Positions 44,658 through 55,157 of a stretch of DNA of 64,000 nt are shown one piece after another. Source of the DNA: Polyangiales bacterium (GTDB lineage Bacteria; Myxococcota_A; Polyangia; Polyangiales; Houyiibacteriaceae); contig JBATTM010000416.1 in the NCBI GenBank assembly GCA_049670545.1, positions 1,264 to 65,263 on the forward strand, read 5' to 3'. The stretch's first letter is position 1, and each line of letters begins with the position of its first letter. The translations under genes were made by a program, and so were the position numbers. The notes under the pieces were generated by a model. That model searched no databases. It saw only the letters and a list, made by a program, of their open reading frames with translations, and had not been told where the DNA came from.

Positions 44658-46688
44658 ATGGGTCAAGAACTCGAGCTGATCAGCGAATTGACGCCGAAAG
44701 GCGATCAGCCGACCGCGATCAAGGAACTGCTCGAAGGCCTCGAGCGCGGGGACGCGCACCAGGTCCTGCTCGGCATCACGGGCAGCGGGAAGACGTTCAC
44801 CGTGGCCAATGTCATCGCAGCGACCCAGCGACCGACCCTCATCATCGCCCCCAACAAGACCCTCGCCGCGCAACTCTACAGCGAGATGCGCGACCTCTTT
44901 CCAAAGAACGCGGTGGAATATTTCGTCAGCTACTACGACTACTACCAACCCGAAGCGTACATCCCGTCCTCCGATACCTACATCGAGAAGGACGCGATCA
45001 TCAACGACAAGGTCGACCGCATGCGCCACAGTGCCACGCGATCACTCTTGGCCCGTCGCGACGTGATCATCGTGGCAAGCGTTTCGTGCATCTACGGCAT
45101 CGGTTCTTCCGAATGGTACCAAGAGATGCTGATCAACCTCGAAGTCGGCGAAGAGTACCGGAGAGACCGTTTGCTACGCCGTCTCGTCGACATTCAATAC
45201 CAGCGCAACGACATCGACTTTCACCGCGGCACGTTTCGCGTCCGCGGAGACGTCGTTGAAATCTTTCCGGCGCACTCCGAGAACCTCGCGGTGCGCGTCG
45301 AGTACTGGGGCGATGAGATCGAACGGATCGTCGAAATCGACCCAACCCGAGGCAAGGTCATCGCCGAACTCGAGCAGTACGGCGTGTATCCAGGTAGCCA
45401 CTACGTCACACCGGACGAGCACCGAAAACGCGCGATCAAGTCGATTCGCGAGGAACTTCTCGAATGGCTCCCCAAGCTCGAATCAGAAGGGAAATTGCTG
45501 GAAAAGCAGCGCCTCGAGCAACGGACTATCTACGACCTCGAGATGCTCGAGCAAATGGGTTTCTGTCACGGAATCGAGAACTACAGCCGGCATCTATCGG
45601 GCCGCAAAGAGGGCGAACCTCCACCAACCCTCCTCGACTACTTCCCTGACGACTTCCTGGTGGTCCTCGACGAGTCACACATCACGGTCCCACAGCTCGG
45701 TGCGATGTATCGGGGGGACCGCTCGAGGAAGGAGACGCTCGTCTCGCATGGGTTTCGTCTCCCGAGTGCGCTCGACAACCGACCCCTTCAGTTCGCCGAA
45801 TGGCAGGAGCGCGTCGGGGAAGTGTTGCACGTGAGTGCGACGCCGGGGGACTGGGAGATCGAGCAAGCGAGTGGCGTCGTCGTCGAGCAGGTGATTCGTC
45901 CGACAGGTCTCCTCGACCCGCAGATCCACGTGCGCCCCACCAAACACCAAGTCGACGACTTGTTGAGCGAGATCCGCGCGCGCGTCGAACGGGACGAACG
46001 GGTGCTGATCACCACATTGACCAAACGAATGGCCGAGGATCTCACCGAGTACTACAGCGAGCTGGGTGTCGCGGTTCGGTACCTTCATTCGGATATAGAC
46101 ACGCTCGAACGCGTTGAAATTCTTAGAGATTTGAGGCGTGGCGAATTTGACGTGCTCGTCGGCATCAACTTGCTGCGCGAAGGGCTCGATCTCCCCGAGG
46201 TCTCCCTCGTGGGGATTCTCGACGCGGACAAAGAAGGCTTTCTCCGTTCGCCACGCTCGCTGATTCAGACCACCGGGCGCGCGGCCCGCAACGTGCGTGG
46301 CGAAGTGATCATGTACGGCGACCGAATCACGGACGCGATGCAGCGTGCGATCGACGAAACCGAGCGACGACGCGAACGACAGAACGCGTACAACGCGGAG
46401 CACGAAATCACGCCTCGCACGATCACCAAAGCGGTGCTCGAAATGGACCCGTCGACCGGCGCTGGGGACTACGTCGTGATCCCGATCTTGCGCGCTGGCG
46501 AAGAGCCAGCGGACATCCCCGCCCGCATCGAAGAACTGAAGAGCGAGATGTTGCTCGCCGCGGAGCAACTCGAGTTCGAGAAAGCAGCGCAGCTCCGCGA
46601 TCAAATCGAACAGCTCCGTGCGTCACGTACGCCCGGCCCACAGCAGCCTCCGAAACGCGACCGGCAGACCCAACGCCCCCGCCGCTGA
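44658..46688 (+). CDS. uvrB: Excinuclease ABC subunit B
   Basis: [22 protein letters not shown] (Walker A), DESH, and C-terminal UVR domain [13 protein letters not shown]. Confidence 0.95.
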   Translation: MGQELELISELTPKGDQPTAIKELLEGLERGDAHQVLLGITGSGKTFTVANVIAATQRPTLIIAPNKTLAAQLYSEMRDLFPKNAVEYFVSYYDYYQPEAYIPSSDTYIEKDAIINDKVDRMRHSATRSLLARRDVIIVASVSCIYGIGSSEWYQEMLINLEVGEEYRRDRLLRRLVDIQYQRNDIDFHRGTFRVRGDVVEIFPAHSENLAVRVEYWGDEIERIVEIDPTRGKVIAELEQYGVYPGSHYVTPDEHRKRAIKSIREELLEWLPKLESEGKLLEKQRLEQRTIYDLEMLEQMGFCHGIENYSRHLSGRKEGEPPPTLLDYFPDDFLVVLDESHITVPQLGAMYRGDRSRKETLVSHGFRLPSALDNRPLQFAEWQERVGEVLHVSATPGDWEIEQASGVVVEQVIRPTGLLDPQIHVRPTKHQVDDLLSEIRARVERDERVLITTLTKRMAEDLTEYYSELGVAVRYLHSDIDTLERVEILRDLRRGEFDVLVGINLLREGLDLPEVSLVGILDADKEGFLRSPRSLIQTTGRAARNVRGEVIMYGDRITDAMQRAIDETERRRERQNAYNAEHEITPRTITKAVLEMDPSTGAGDYVVIPILRAGEEPADIPARIEELKSEMLLAAEQLEFEKAAQLRDQIEQLRASRTPGPQQPPKRDRQTQRPRR

Positions 46689-46779
46689 GGACCCTCTAGG
46701 CGTTCGAATTCGCTAACTTTTTGCCTGCGCCGGGCGTTTCCTTGAGCCGGAAAAGTCCGACAGCTAGGCTGCCGAGGGC

Positions 46780-48771
46780 ATGCGTTTTGGTTGGCTTGGT
46801 TTGTGGACCCTCGGGATGGGCCTGTGCTGTGTGGCGAATACCACCGCACAAGAGCGCCTGATCGAACTCGAATTCACGCCGACCGAGCGCGCGCAACTCG
46901 CGATTTGGATCGAGCGCGCAGACGGCACCTTTCTGCGCACCGTCCGTCTGACTTCCTCGACGTCGCTGCGCGGAGTCGGCAACCGACCGGGTGCCTCGCA
47001 GATGAACAGCGGTTTTCGATGGCCCTATGGGAGACGCGAAGGAATCCTTCCGATCTGGGGTTGGCGCCGGGCCACTGCACCTGAGGGGGAGTTCTTTCCT
47101 CGTGTGATCTTTCAAGATCGCGACTCCGAGGGTTTCGCAGCGCGCACGTCGGTCGACGCATCCCCCGACAACTACTTCTGCCTGTCGTTCGATCAAACGA
47201 CGACTACACGCGACGCGCTCGACGCCGTGACTTGTGCGAGTGTGTTCAGCAGCGACAAGGGTCGGTTTCTCGACGAACAAGACGCGAGTGACGGCTACGC
47301 CGAGCCGTTCGTCGGCCCCGGGGGCGGAGACGCCATGCGCGAACTCGGAATCAGATCGATCTATCCTCCGCGTCGTGACATCGATGGGCTCGGCCAGTTC
47401 GACCATCCCGACGCCGCGCTCTTTGCCGATGAAGCGACACGGGTGATGCCCGAGATCGACGCGGTCACCATGGCGACACCCGCGGGCGGGCAACCCGTCG
47501 CGATCCAATACATCCTCCCCGGCGAATGGGAGGACGGCGAGTACACGCTCTGGATCGAGGTCAACGTCGAAGGCGACTACAACGAAAACTTCAATGATCT
47601 CGAATACCCAACGCCCAGTTCGGACGCTTGGGACTTCTGGGCGGAGACGTACGGCTACCCATACAGGGGCCAGCCTTCCGTGGTGTACAGCATCCCCTTC
47701 GCACTCGGTCCCCCGATCGCCGAGTACGTGATCGACGGCCCCGTGGGGTACGGAAGTCTTCACGGCGAAGATGGGACCCTGACCGCGATGGACGGATCCA
47801 TCGCCGACGATCCGGCTACCGCACCCGGGAGTGGCGCGGACCGCCTCGCACGAGACCCGAGCGGCGCGCGCGCCACGCTGAGTGTTCTCGAGACCAACAT
47901 CTGCTCGAGCGACGCCCCGCCCCCGCAGTGCCTCGAAGCGTGTACGGAGAGTGCCGACTGCGACGCCGGGTTCATCTGCGGCCCCGACGATCGGTGCACC
48001 GGAGCGTGCGACGTTCAGGGTTTCCCGGACGACATCGAAGACCTCGAGACCGCAAACCATCCGGACACAAAATGGTCCCATCGTGTCGGTCGCCTCGGCT
48101 TCACGATCCCGGCAAGCGCGCGTCCCTTGCGACAGTACGAGATCCTGACGAGTGATGGCACTGTCGAAGACGAGGCCCGGACCGTGGCGTTCAGCGCCGA
48201 AGGTCGACCCGTCGTCGGGGATCGGTTGCGCATCCCAGTCGCAGAAGACTGCGCCCCCGAGACATGGATCGAGTCCCTGTGTGCGCCGTATGTCGCCGAC
48301 GCGACCGGCGCCTGCAGGAACGGGCTCGACATCGACGGCGACGGAGATTGCCTCGACCCCGGAGATCGCATCGAGGTCGACATCGCGTTCGACCGTCACG
48401 AGACGCGATACGAACTCGAGATGTCCGCACTCGACGTATGCCAGGGCCGAAGCTCTGTGTCTCAGACCGCGCTGACCACCAGTCGAATCGACTTCACCAC
48501 CGTCCCCCCTTGCTTTGTCGCAACCGCAGCCTACGGTTCCCCGCTCGCAGACGAGATCTGGGCGCTTCGGCGCTTCCGTGATCGTTATCTGATGACCCAC
48601 AGCGCGGGTCGAGCCTTCGTGGATCTCTATTATGCGTGGGGCCCGTACGCCGCCGATTTCATTGCCGAGCACCCATGGCTGCGAACCACCACCCGCGTAC
48701 TTCTCACTCCCCTCGTCGGACTCGCGCGTCACTTGACCGAGAGCGACGAAAACCCCGCGCCCTCGCTTTAG
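46780..48771 (+). CDS. Large secreted protein: DUF2271-like N-terminus, Asp/Cys-rich middle, C-terminal CFVATAAYGS module
   Basis: Signal MRFGWLGLWTLGMGLCCVANTTAQ. AQLAIWIERADGTFLRTVRL resembles DUF2271. C-terminal PPCFVATAAYGSPLADEIWALRRFRDRYL is followed by a hydrophobic tail. Its coding strand is preferred over the 701-aa antisense ORF. Confidence 0.6.
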   Translation: MRFGWLGLWTLGMGLCCVANTTAQERLIELEFTPTERAQLAIWIERADGTFLRTVRLTSSTSLRGVGNRPGASQMNSGFRWPYGRREGILPIWGWRRATAPEGEFFPRVIFQDRDSEGFAARTSVDASPDNYFCLSFDQTTTTRDALDAVTCASVFSSDKGRFLDEQDASDGYAEPFVGPGGGDAMRELGIRSIYPPRRDIDGLGQFDHPDAALFADEATRVMPEIDAVTMATPAGGQPVAIQYILPGEWEDGEYTLWIEVNVEGDYNENFNDLEYPTPSSDAWDFWAETYGYPYRGQPSVVYSIPFALGPPIAEYVIDGPVGYGSLHGEDGTLTAMDGSIADDPATAPGSGADRLARDPSGARATLSVLETNICSSDAPPPQCLEACTESADCDAGFICGPDDRCTGACDVQGFPDDIEDLETANHPDTKWSHRVGRLGFTIPASARPLRQYEILTSDGTVEDEARTVAFSAEGRPVVGDRLRIPVAEDCAPETWIESLCAPYVADATGACRNGLDIDGDGDCLDPGDRIEVDIAFDRHETRYELEMSALDVCQGRSSVSQTALTTSRIDFTTVPPCFVATAAYGSPLADEIWALRRFRDRYLMTHSAGRAFVDLYYAWGPYAADFIAEHPWLRTTTRVLLTPLVGLARHLTESDENPAPSL

Positions 48772-48971
48772 CGCTCTGCTGCATTCTGCTGGGCCTCGCA
48801 ACCTCAGGTTGCGCGACGGTCAAGCCGTATGAGCGTGAGTATCTCTCGCGACCAAGCATGGACTTCGAGCGGGAAGCCACCGAAGCGAAGTTCTACTCGC
48901 ACGTGCTCGATTCCCGCGAGGGTGCGACCGGGGGCGTCGGCAGCGCCGGCGGCGGCTGCGGGTGCAACTGA
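48675..48971 (+). CDS. DUF4266-family small lipoprotein
   Basis: LALALCCILLGLATSGCATVKPYEREYLSRPSM ... ends GGGCGCN, as I recall for DUF4266. There is no canonical start near the lipobox. The nearest in-frame ATGs are 48675 and 48636, both overlapping the upstream gene. Confidence 0.55.
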   Translation: MAANHHPRTSHSPRRTRASLDRERRKPRALALALCCILLGLATSGCATVKPYEREYLSRPSMDFEREATEAKFYSHVLDSREGATGGVGSAGGGCGCN

Positions 48972-50143
48972 CCGGTTCAATACGGCGGTCAGTTTCGACT
49001 TCGTTCCAACCGCTTCTCGCGGTCACTGTCGTGCTGCTCAGCTCGTCTCCTCTCGGCTCACATGCCGACGAGGTCACAGGTACTTGGACCGGCGACGTGC
49101 AGGTGCGCGGCAACTACTACTGGGACCGCAGCACCCGCGTCTTGGCTCCCGAGATCATCGCGGATCTCGACGCCCCGCAAGGGAGTCGGCTTCGCGTCGA
49201 CTACCTCGTCGACTCGATCACCAGCGCAAGCATCGCGACCGGTGCGCTCGAAGACACGCGCTTCACGGAGATCCGGCACGACGTATCGGTCAAAGGCGGC
49301 CACGAATTCTACGAACGTGAGAACCCGGTCGACGTCTTCGGTGGGGTTCGCTTCAGCAAAGAGCCTGACTATTTCTCGTTCAGCTCGTTCTTCCAGCCGA
49401 CGATCTGGCTCGCGGATCGAGCGACGAAGTTTCGCGGCCAAATCACGTATCTGCACGACGAGATACGTCAGAACTTCCGCGGAGGGACCGGCATGCGGCC
49501 GGACGAAGAAGGCAACACGTCGAGCAGCAGCTTCCGAGAATCGCTCGACGCGTTTTCGGTGGCGGTGGGCTGGGAGCAGGTCCTGACGCCGACTCTCATC
49601 ATGGAGGTCGGGTACGACTTCACGGTGCAATCTGGCTTCCTCGCCAACCCCTATCGAACCGTTCTGGGTGGCCAGCGCCCCGAAGAACATCCGCCACTCC
49701 GACTACGAAACCTCCTCTACTCGAGGCTCGCTTGGTACATCCCTCGCTCCAAGAGCTCGTTGCAGGGCATCTATCGATCCTATTTCGATGACTGGGGCGT
49801 CGGCGCGATCAATCCCGAGTTTCGCTACTACCAGGAGATGTCGCCATATTTCCAGACTCGCCTTCGCTACCGATACTACCAACAAACATCTTCCTTCTTC
49901 TACCTACCGGACCCGAACGCCTACACGTTCGAGGACGAGTTCGTGACCTCAGACCCGAAGATGAGTGCGTTCCACATCAACGAGCTCGGAATCCAACTCC
50001 TGGTGCTCGGATCCTTTCTCGAGGGCCGTGCCCATCGGTCGATCGTCGGGGCGCAGTTCGACATCAGCTTCAACTACCGATGGAACACGAATGCGTTCGG
50101 CAACCAAGTCGTCGCACAGACGGGGGTTCGGATCCCTTTCTGA
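48962..50143 (+). CDS. DUF3570-family putative outer-membrane beta-barrel protein
   Basis: GTG start overlapping the DUF4266 stop by 10 nt. Signal-like LLAVTVVLLSSSPLGSHA. RGNYYWDRSTRVLAPEI...VDYLVDSITSASI, and a C-terminus ending in F. DUF4266-DUF3570 adjacency is a known conserved pairing. Confidence 0.6.
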   Translation: MQLTGSIRRSVSTSFQPLLAVTVVLLSSSPLGSHADEVTGTWTGDVQVRGNYYWDRSTRVLAPEIIADLDAPQGSRLRVDYLVDSITSASIATGALEDTRFTEIRHDVSVKGGHEFYERENPVDVFGGVRFSKEPDYFSFSSFFQPTIWLADRATKFRGQITYLHDEIRQNFRGGTGMRPDEEGNTSSSSFRESLDAFSVAVGWEQVLTPTLIMEVGYDFTVQSGFLANPYRTVLGGQRPEEHPPLRLRNLLYSRLAWYIPRSKSSLQGIYRSYFDDWGVGAINPEFRYYQEMSPYFQTRLRYRYYQQTSSFFYLPDPNAYTFEDEFVTSDPKMSAFHINELGIQLLVLGSFLEGRAHRSIVGAQFDISFNYRWNTNAFGNQVVAQTGVRIPF

Positions 50144-50151
50144 GGCGTCGG

Positions 50152-51027
50152 CTACACGCGAACCTGAATCGTGCGGCCGTCGAACTCGAAGCGAAGCCCC
50201 GTCGCGCGAAGATGATGGTGAGGGTCCTCGTTCGGCGGCGCTCCATACAACGTATCCCCGAGCAAGGGGTGACCAATCGCGGCGAGATGCACCCGGATTT
50301 GGTGGCGTCGCGCATGGTTCGCCCGGACTTCGACGCGCGAGCCGGTGGACTCCGGAACGCTCGCGAGGATCTCGGTGCGTGCCGCTTGTGCACGAAGGCG
50401 CTTAGCCTCGCGTGGGTCTCTGCATGCCCGCACCTTGCGGCGATCGTGCGGGTCGGCAGCGATCGGAAGGTCGACCATCGCGGGCGCAGTCACGGTGCCT
50501 AGACAGTTGGCGACGTAGCGCTTGTCGATGCGCCCCGCGCGTAGCTCTTCCCGAAGCCGCCGAAAGGCGTCTTGATGCCTCGCCGCGAGCAGAAGCCCCG
50601 ACGTGTCGTTGTCGAGTCGGTGGAGGATGCCCGGCTCCCGCGCCCCGTAGCCGACACCACGCATCTCCGGGTAGCGGGCGAGAAGCGCCCCCGCCACCGT
50701 GCCACGCTCCCCGGCACGCAACGGGTGACTCGGCATGCCCACCGGCTTGTCGACCACCACGAAGTCGGGGGTCTCCTCGACGATGAGGAGCTCGATCTCA
50801 GGATCTGGTGTCGCCTCGAAACCGGAAGCCCCCGGAACCATGGCGACCCGGACGCGATCGCCCGACGCGATGCGTTGGCCCTTGGCGGCCAGCCGACCAT
50901 TGATCGTCACGTGCCCCTCGTCGAAGAGGGACTTGGCCCGTCCGCGGCTCAGTCCGTCCACCCGTCTCACGAGGACGACGTCGATCCGCCGCCCGACGTC
51001 CTCAGACTCCAGCTCGATCTCGAGCAC
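50152..51027 (-). CDS. RluA-family (RluD-like) pseudouridine synthase
   Basis: S4-like N-terminus ([32 protein letters not shown]) and catalytic [31 protein letters not shown]. No ATG is available. GTG at 51027 is preceded by GGAGAGAGG; alternatives are GTG at 51033 or 51051. The rest of the 898-aa track ORF is antisense to dnaJ and the PPIase gene. Confidence 0.75.
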   Translation of the reverse strand: MLEIELESEDVGRRIDVVLVRRVDGLSRGRAKSLFDEGHVTINGRLAAKGQRIASGDRVRVAMVPGASGFEATPDPEIELLIVEETPDFVVVDKPVGMPSHPLRAGERGTVAGALLARYPEMRGVGYGAREPGILHRLDNDTSGLLLAARHQDAFRRLREELRAGRIDKRYVANCLGTVTAPAMVDLPIAADPHDRRKVRACRDPREAKRLRAQAARTEILASVPESTGSRVEVRANHARRHQIRVHLAAIGHPLLGDTLYGAPPNEDPHHHLRATGLRFEFDGRTIQVRV

Positions 51028-51111
51028 ATCCACCTCTCTCCACTCCCACACTTTCCCTCGATCTTCCACGCCGTTTGCGCGGTGGTGCCGCCCGCCTACA
51101 CTGCGAAAGCC

Positions 51112-52206
51112 GTGAGTAAACGCGACTACTATGTGATCCTCGAGGTCACGCGGACCGCCTCCGCGAACGAGATCAAACAAGCCTATCGCGGCCTGGCGAT
51201 GCGGTATCACCCCGATCGAAACCCGGACGACCCCGCCGCGGAGGATTCGTTCAAAGAGGCGAGTGAAGCGTACGCGGTGCTCAGTGATCCCGACAAACGG
51301 GACCGCTACGATCGCCATGGTCATAGCGCGTTCGAAAGCAACGGCACCGGCTTCGAGCCCGGGGACTTCGGGGCGGTAAGCGACATTCTCGAGGGACTCT
51401 TTGGCGAGGTCTTCAACAGCGGTCGACGAAAACGACGCGGGGGACGCGATCTCAAGTACGAGCTCGACATCTCGTTTGTCGAGGCCGCCCTCGGAGTGGA
51501 CAAAGCAATCGACGTCAATCGCCCATCGCCGTGCAAGGCATGCGACGGCAACGGCGCGCAGCCGGGGACACCGGTTCACAAATGCAACGTCTGTCAGGGG
51601 CGGGGCCAGGTTCGCTATCAGCGCGGCCTTTTTGCGGCGCCACGCCCGTGCCATGGTTGCAGTGGAACCGGGACGAAGATCCCCTCGCCGTGCCAAGAGT
51701 GCAAAGGCGTGGGCAGCCGCCTCCGGCCCGAGTCGATGTCGGTCAAGATCCCTGCTGGGGTGCAAGATGGTGCGGTTCGAACCGTACGCGGCGCCGGAGA
51801 GCCAGGTGAAGGCGGGAACGGCGACCTGCATATCCACATCAGCGTCAAAGGCCATTCGCTTTTCGAGCGGGAGGGCGCGGACATCCTCGTGTCGGTGCCG
51901 ATCTCGTTTCCGCAAGCCGTGCTCGGGGCCAGCATCGACGTCCCGACCCTCGACGGAACGGTCGTGATGAAGGTCCCGCCGGGAACCCCTTCCGGGAAGG
52001 TCTTTCGCCTCCGCGGCAAGGGAATTCCGGTGTACGGCGGCTACGGAAAGGGCGATGAACTGGTGACGGTCGTGGTCGAGGTGCCTCGCGAGATCAGTCG
52101 GAGGCAGCGCAAACTGATCACCGAGCTGGCTCACGAAATCGGCGACCAGGGCCACACGGAGCAGGCGAGCTTCTTGGGCAAGCTCCGCGGTCTCTTCGAC
52201 AACTAG
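51112..52206 (+). CDS. dnaJ: Chaperone DnaJ (type I, with zinc-finger domain)
   Basis: GTG start gives (M)[37 protein letters not shown]. Four CxxCxGxG repeats ([32 protein letters not shown]). Confidence 0.9.
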   Translation: MSKRDYYVILEVTRTASANEIKQAYRGLAMRYHPDRNPDDPAAEDSFKEASEAYAVLSDPDKRDRYDRHGHSAFESNGTGFEPGDFGAVSDILEGLFGEVFNSGRRKRRGGRDLKYELDISFVEAALGVDKAIDVNRPSPCKACDGNGAQPGTPVHKCNVCQGRGQVRYQRGLFAAPRPCHGCSGTGTKIPSPCQECKGVGSRLRPESMSVKIPAGVQDGAVRTVRGAGEPGEGGNGDLHIHISVKGHSLFEREGADILVSVPISFPQAVLGASIDVPTLDGTVVMKVPPGTPSGKVFRLRGKGIPVYGGYGKGDELVTVVVEVPREISRRQRKLITELAHEIGDQGHTEQASFLGKLRGLFDN

Positions 52207-52251
52207 ACGGGCAGCGACTTGCGCAGGGGGCCCGGCTTGCCAAGGTACGGC

Positions 52252-52935
52252 ATGCGAAACGCTGTGTTGCTGATCCTGGCTGGCGCACTCCTCGTCCTCG
52301 GCGGGTGCCCCAAGAACGAAACGACAAACACCGCGCCCCCGGCCGAGAAGAGCCCGGCGGACGCACCCGAGGAGGCCAAGCTGCCAGACGACGAACCCAA
52401 CAAAGCACCCGACCGCTACACGGTCGAACTCGACACCACCAAAGGCCCGATCATCATCGATGTCCACCGCGACTGGGCGCCCCATGGTGCGGACCGCTTC
52501 TACGAATTGGTCAACGCCGGCTACTTCAACGATGTCGCGTTCTTTCGGGTAATCAGCGGTTTCATGGCGCAGGTTGGAATCAGCGGAGACCCCGCCCAAA
52601 ACACCATTTGGCGTGAAAAGCGGATTCCCGACGACCCGGTCAAGGGAACCAACAGCCGCGGCACGGTGTCCTTCGCGACCTCCGGCCCCGACTCGAGGAC
52701 GACACAGTTCTTCATCAACTTCGGTGACAACTCGCGCCTCGACGGAATGGGCTTCTCGCCCTTTGGCAAGGTCCAAGACATGACGGTCGTCGATGCGCTG
52801 TACTCCGGCTACGGCGAGGGTGCGCCAGGAGGGCGTGGCCCCTCTCAAGGGCGTCTGCAGTCGGAAGGCAACGCGTATTTGAAGAAGGATTTTCCGAAGC
52901 TCGACTACATCAAATCGGCGAAAGTCATCAACTGA
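52252..52935 (+). CDS. Cyclophilin-type peptidyl-prolyl cis-trans isomerase, lipoprotein
   Basis: MRNAVLLILAGALLVLGGC lipobox. Cyclophilin core APHGADRFYELVNAGYFNDVAFFRVISGFMAQVG ... TQFFINF. Confidence 0.88.
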   Translation: MRNAVLLILAGALLVLGGCPKNETTNTAPPAEKSPADAPEEAKLPDDEPNKAPDRYTVELDTTKGPIIIDVHRDWAPHGADRFYELVNAGYFNDVAFFRVISGFMAQVGISGDPAQNTIWREKRIPDDPVKGTNSRGTVSFATSGPDSRTTQFFINFGDNSRLDGMGFSPFGKVQDMTVVDALYSGYGEGAPGGRGPSQGRLQSEGNAYLKKDFPKLDYIKSAKVIN

Positions 52936-54019
52936 CGCGCCCCGCTTCGACCTGAAAATCGAGGCGGTCGTTCTCGAGAAGGATGAACTCCGGGTGTGTG
53001 GTGGTCAGAAAGACCTGCCCCCCCGCCCGGCTCAACACTTCGAAAAATCGGCGGTTGCGGCTCCGATCGAGTTCGCTCGACACGTCGTCGAGGAGCAAGA
53101 TCGGTACCCTGCCCGTGCGCTCGCTGAGTAGGTCGAGCTCGGCGGTCTTGAGCGCCAAGACGATCGTACGGTGTTGCCCTTGCGAACCGTGGTGTCGCGC
53201 GCGCACGTCATGGAGCTCGAGTGCCAAGTCGTCGCCATGCGGGCCGTCCGCGGTGAACCCGCGCGCACGGTCTTTGTCGAATGCAGCCTCGAGCGCCTCG
53301 GCGATCGCTTCCTCCGTCGGTTCGACACGGGGCAGATAATGGACCCCAAGCGGGGTATCACCTGCGAACACTTCCGAGAACGCGCGCACGACACGCGGCG
53401 CGAGGTCGGCGATGAGCCGGGCGCGAGCCTGACCGACAACCGCCCCAGCCTTGCTGAGGATCGCGTCGTAGGCCCGAACTGACCGACGATCGATGCGGTC
53501 TTCCTTCAGGAGCCGATTGCGACTCCTGAGGGCCTTCTCGTAGCTTGCAAGTGTCGATGCGTAGATCGGATCCATTTGTTGGAGAATGCGATCGAGAAAC
53601 GCGCGACGACGATCGGCGGCACCCGCAGCCAGCACGAGATCGCCGGGATGAAAGAGCACCATCTGCACACTCTGATGCCACGCGCTCGTCGACCGGGGAC
53701 GTTTGGAGTCGAGGACGAGCTTTCGCCGCGTGTGCCGGCCGAGCTCGATGCGGAGTTTGTGGGGCGCCGCGGCACCGGCGATTGCGGCTTCGAGTACCGC
53801 CGAATCTTGATTGAGCCCGATGAGATCGTCGGTCTTCGCGCCCCGAAAACTCTTGAGCGCGCCGAGATAATCGATGGCTTCCAAAAGGTTGGACTTACCG
53901 GCCCCGTTGTCTCCGTGGATCACGTTGAAGTGCGGGCCAGGCGAAAAGGTGAACGCCTCGAGGTTCCGGAAGCCCTGCACCCGCAGCGCGGTGACCCGGG
54001 TTGGGGACTCGGCCCCCAC
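52928..54019 (-). CDS. recF: DNA replication and repair protein RecF
   Basis: GTG start. LRVQGFRNL...VIHGDNGAGKSNLLEAI (Walker A), signature-like GSQGQHRTIVLALK, and Walker B ILLLDDVSSELD. Confidence 0.92.
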   Translation of the reverse strand: MGAESPTRVTALRVQGFRNLEAFTFSPGPHFNVIHGDNGAGKSNLLEAIDYLGALKSFRGAKTDDLIGLNQDSAVLEAAIAGAAAPHKLRIELGRHTRRKLVLDSKRPRSTSAWHQSVQMVLFHPGDLVLAAGAADRRRAFLDRILQQMDPIYASTLASYEKALRSRNRLLKEDRIDRRSVRAYDAILSKAGAVVGQARARLIADLAPRVVRAFSEVFAGDTPLGVHYLPRVEPTEEAIAEALEAAFDKDRARGFTADGPHGDDLALELHDVRARHHGSQGQHRTIVLALKTAELDLLSERTGRVPILLLDDVSSELDRSRNRRFFEVLSRAGGQVFLTTTHPEFILLENDRLDFQVEAGRVS

Positions 54020-54020
54020 G

Positions 54021-55157
54021 CTAGATGCGCATCGGCATGATCACACCGATAAACTCGGAGTCGGCCCCAACGGGCTTCAAGACGCCCGGATCGCGTTCAC
54101 CACTCAACTCGATCGCGATCTCGTCGTAGGGCATCGCGCCAAGCACATCGAGAAGGTACCGCGCGTTGAAACCGATTCGGAGCTCATCTCCCGCGTAGTC
54201 GACGTCGACTTCTTCGCTGCCTTCACCGACATCGGGGTTCTGGCTCTGGAGACGAAGCGTGCCCGGCTCGATCATGAGTTGCACGCCACCGCTCTTGTCG
54301 TTGGCAACGAGACTGATGCGGCGGAGCGCTTCGACCAAGGGCCCTCGTGCGGCGATGACGGTGCGGCTCTGCTTCGACGGAATCACTTTGTTGTAGGGCG
54401 GGAAATGCTCGTCGGCGAGCTTCACGCTGAGCGCGAGGTCCTCGCGCTTGAAGAACGCATTCCCACCCGCTGTCGCGATTCCGATCGTCGCACCAGAATC
54501 TCCTTTGCCCTTCGCGGTCTTCAGGTCGTCGAGCAGGCGTTTGAGTTCGGAAATTCCCTTGTGCGGCACCAACATCGAGAAGTTCATCATCGGCCCTTTG
54601 CCGGTGATCTTGCGCTCGGCTTTCGAGAGCCTGTGCCCATCGGTGGTCACCATTCGAACGACCTTGCCATCGCCCTCGAATAACGTGCCGGCCAGGTGGG
54701 GGCGCGTATCATCGTGAGACATCGAGTACTGGGTCAGCCCGATCAACTCCGCCAAGCCCGTCGCGTCGAGCTCTGCAAACTCGCTGTCGCCTGCATTCGG
54801 TAGCGGTGGGAAGTCTTCTCCGGGCATGGCGGGGATGCGATAGCGAACCTTTCCGCACTTGAGCTCAACCGCATGACTGTCGCTCAGGGTCCAACTGACT
54901 TCGCCATCCGGAAGGTTCTTGACGATGTCGTACAGGGTCCGGGCAGCCACGGCGATGGTGCCTGAGGTTTTGATCGTGGCAGGGACGACCGCAGTCACTC
55001 CAAGGTAGAGGTCGGTTGCAGAGAGGCGAAGCTTGTCATTGCCTTCCGCGGTTAGCAGGACGTTCGACAGGATGTGCATCGAGCTCTTGCGGTCGGCGAC
55101 ACCATGTGTGCGTGCAAGACCACGAAGGAACTCTTGCTTCTCGATCGTAAGCTCCAT
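54021..55157 (-). CDS. dnaN: DNA polymerase III beta sliding clamp
   Basis: 378 aa. MELTIEKQEFLRGLARTHGVADRKSSMHILSNVLL ... typical three-domain clamp, ending with VIMPMRI. Sits downstream of dnaA. Confidence 0.93.
   Translation of the reverse strand: MELTIEKQEFLRGLARTHGVADRKSSMHILSNVLLTAEGNDKLRLSATDLYLGVTAVVPATIKTSGTIAVAARTLYDIVKNLPDGEVSWTLSDSHAVELKCGKVRYRIPAMPGEDFPPLPNAGDSEFAELDATGLAELIGLTQYSMSHDDTRPHLAGTLFEGDGKVVRMVTTDGHRLSKAERKITGKGPMMNFSMLVPHKGISELKRLLDDLKTAKGKGDSGATIGIATAGGNAFFKREDLALSVKLADEHFPPYNKVIPSKQSRTVIAARGPLVEALRRISLVANDKSGGVQLMIEPGTLRLQSQNPDVGEGSEEVDVDYAGDELRIGFNARYLLDVLGAMPYDEIAIELSGERDPGVLKPVGADSEFIGVIMPMRI

Noticed and set aside
46696-48801. 701-aa minus-strand ORF mirroring the 663-aa plus-strand gene
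   Set aside because: It has no signal or domain motifs and an Arg/Gly/Val-rich composition. The plus-strand frame has a signal peptide, recognisable modules and operon context with DUF4266/DUF3570.
50152-52848. 898-aa ORF, the longest minus-strand ORF in this part of the window
   Set aside because: Only its C-terminal ~290 aa (50152 to about 51027) look like a real protein, an RluA-family pseudouridine synthase. The N-terminal two thirds are antisense to clearly genuine dnaJ and cyclophilin genes and have an Arg/Ala/Gly-rich composition typical of spurious high-GC frames.
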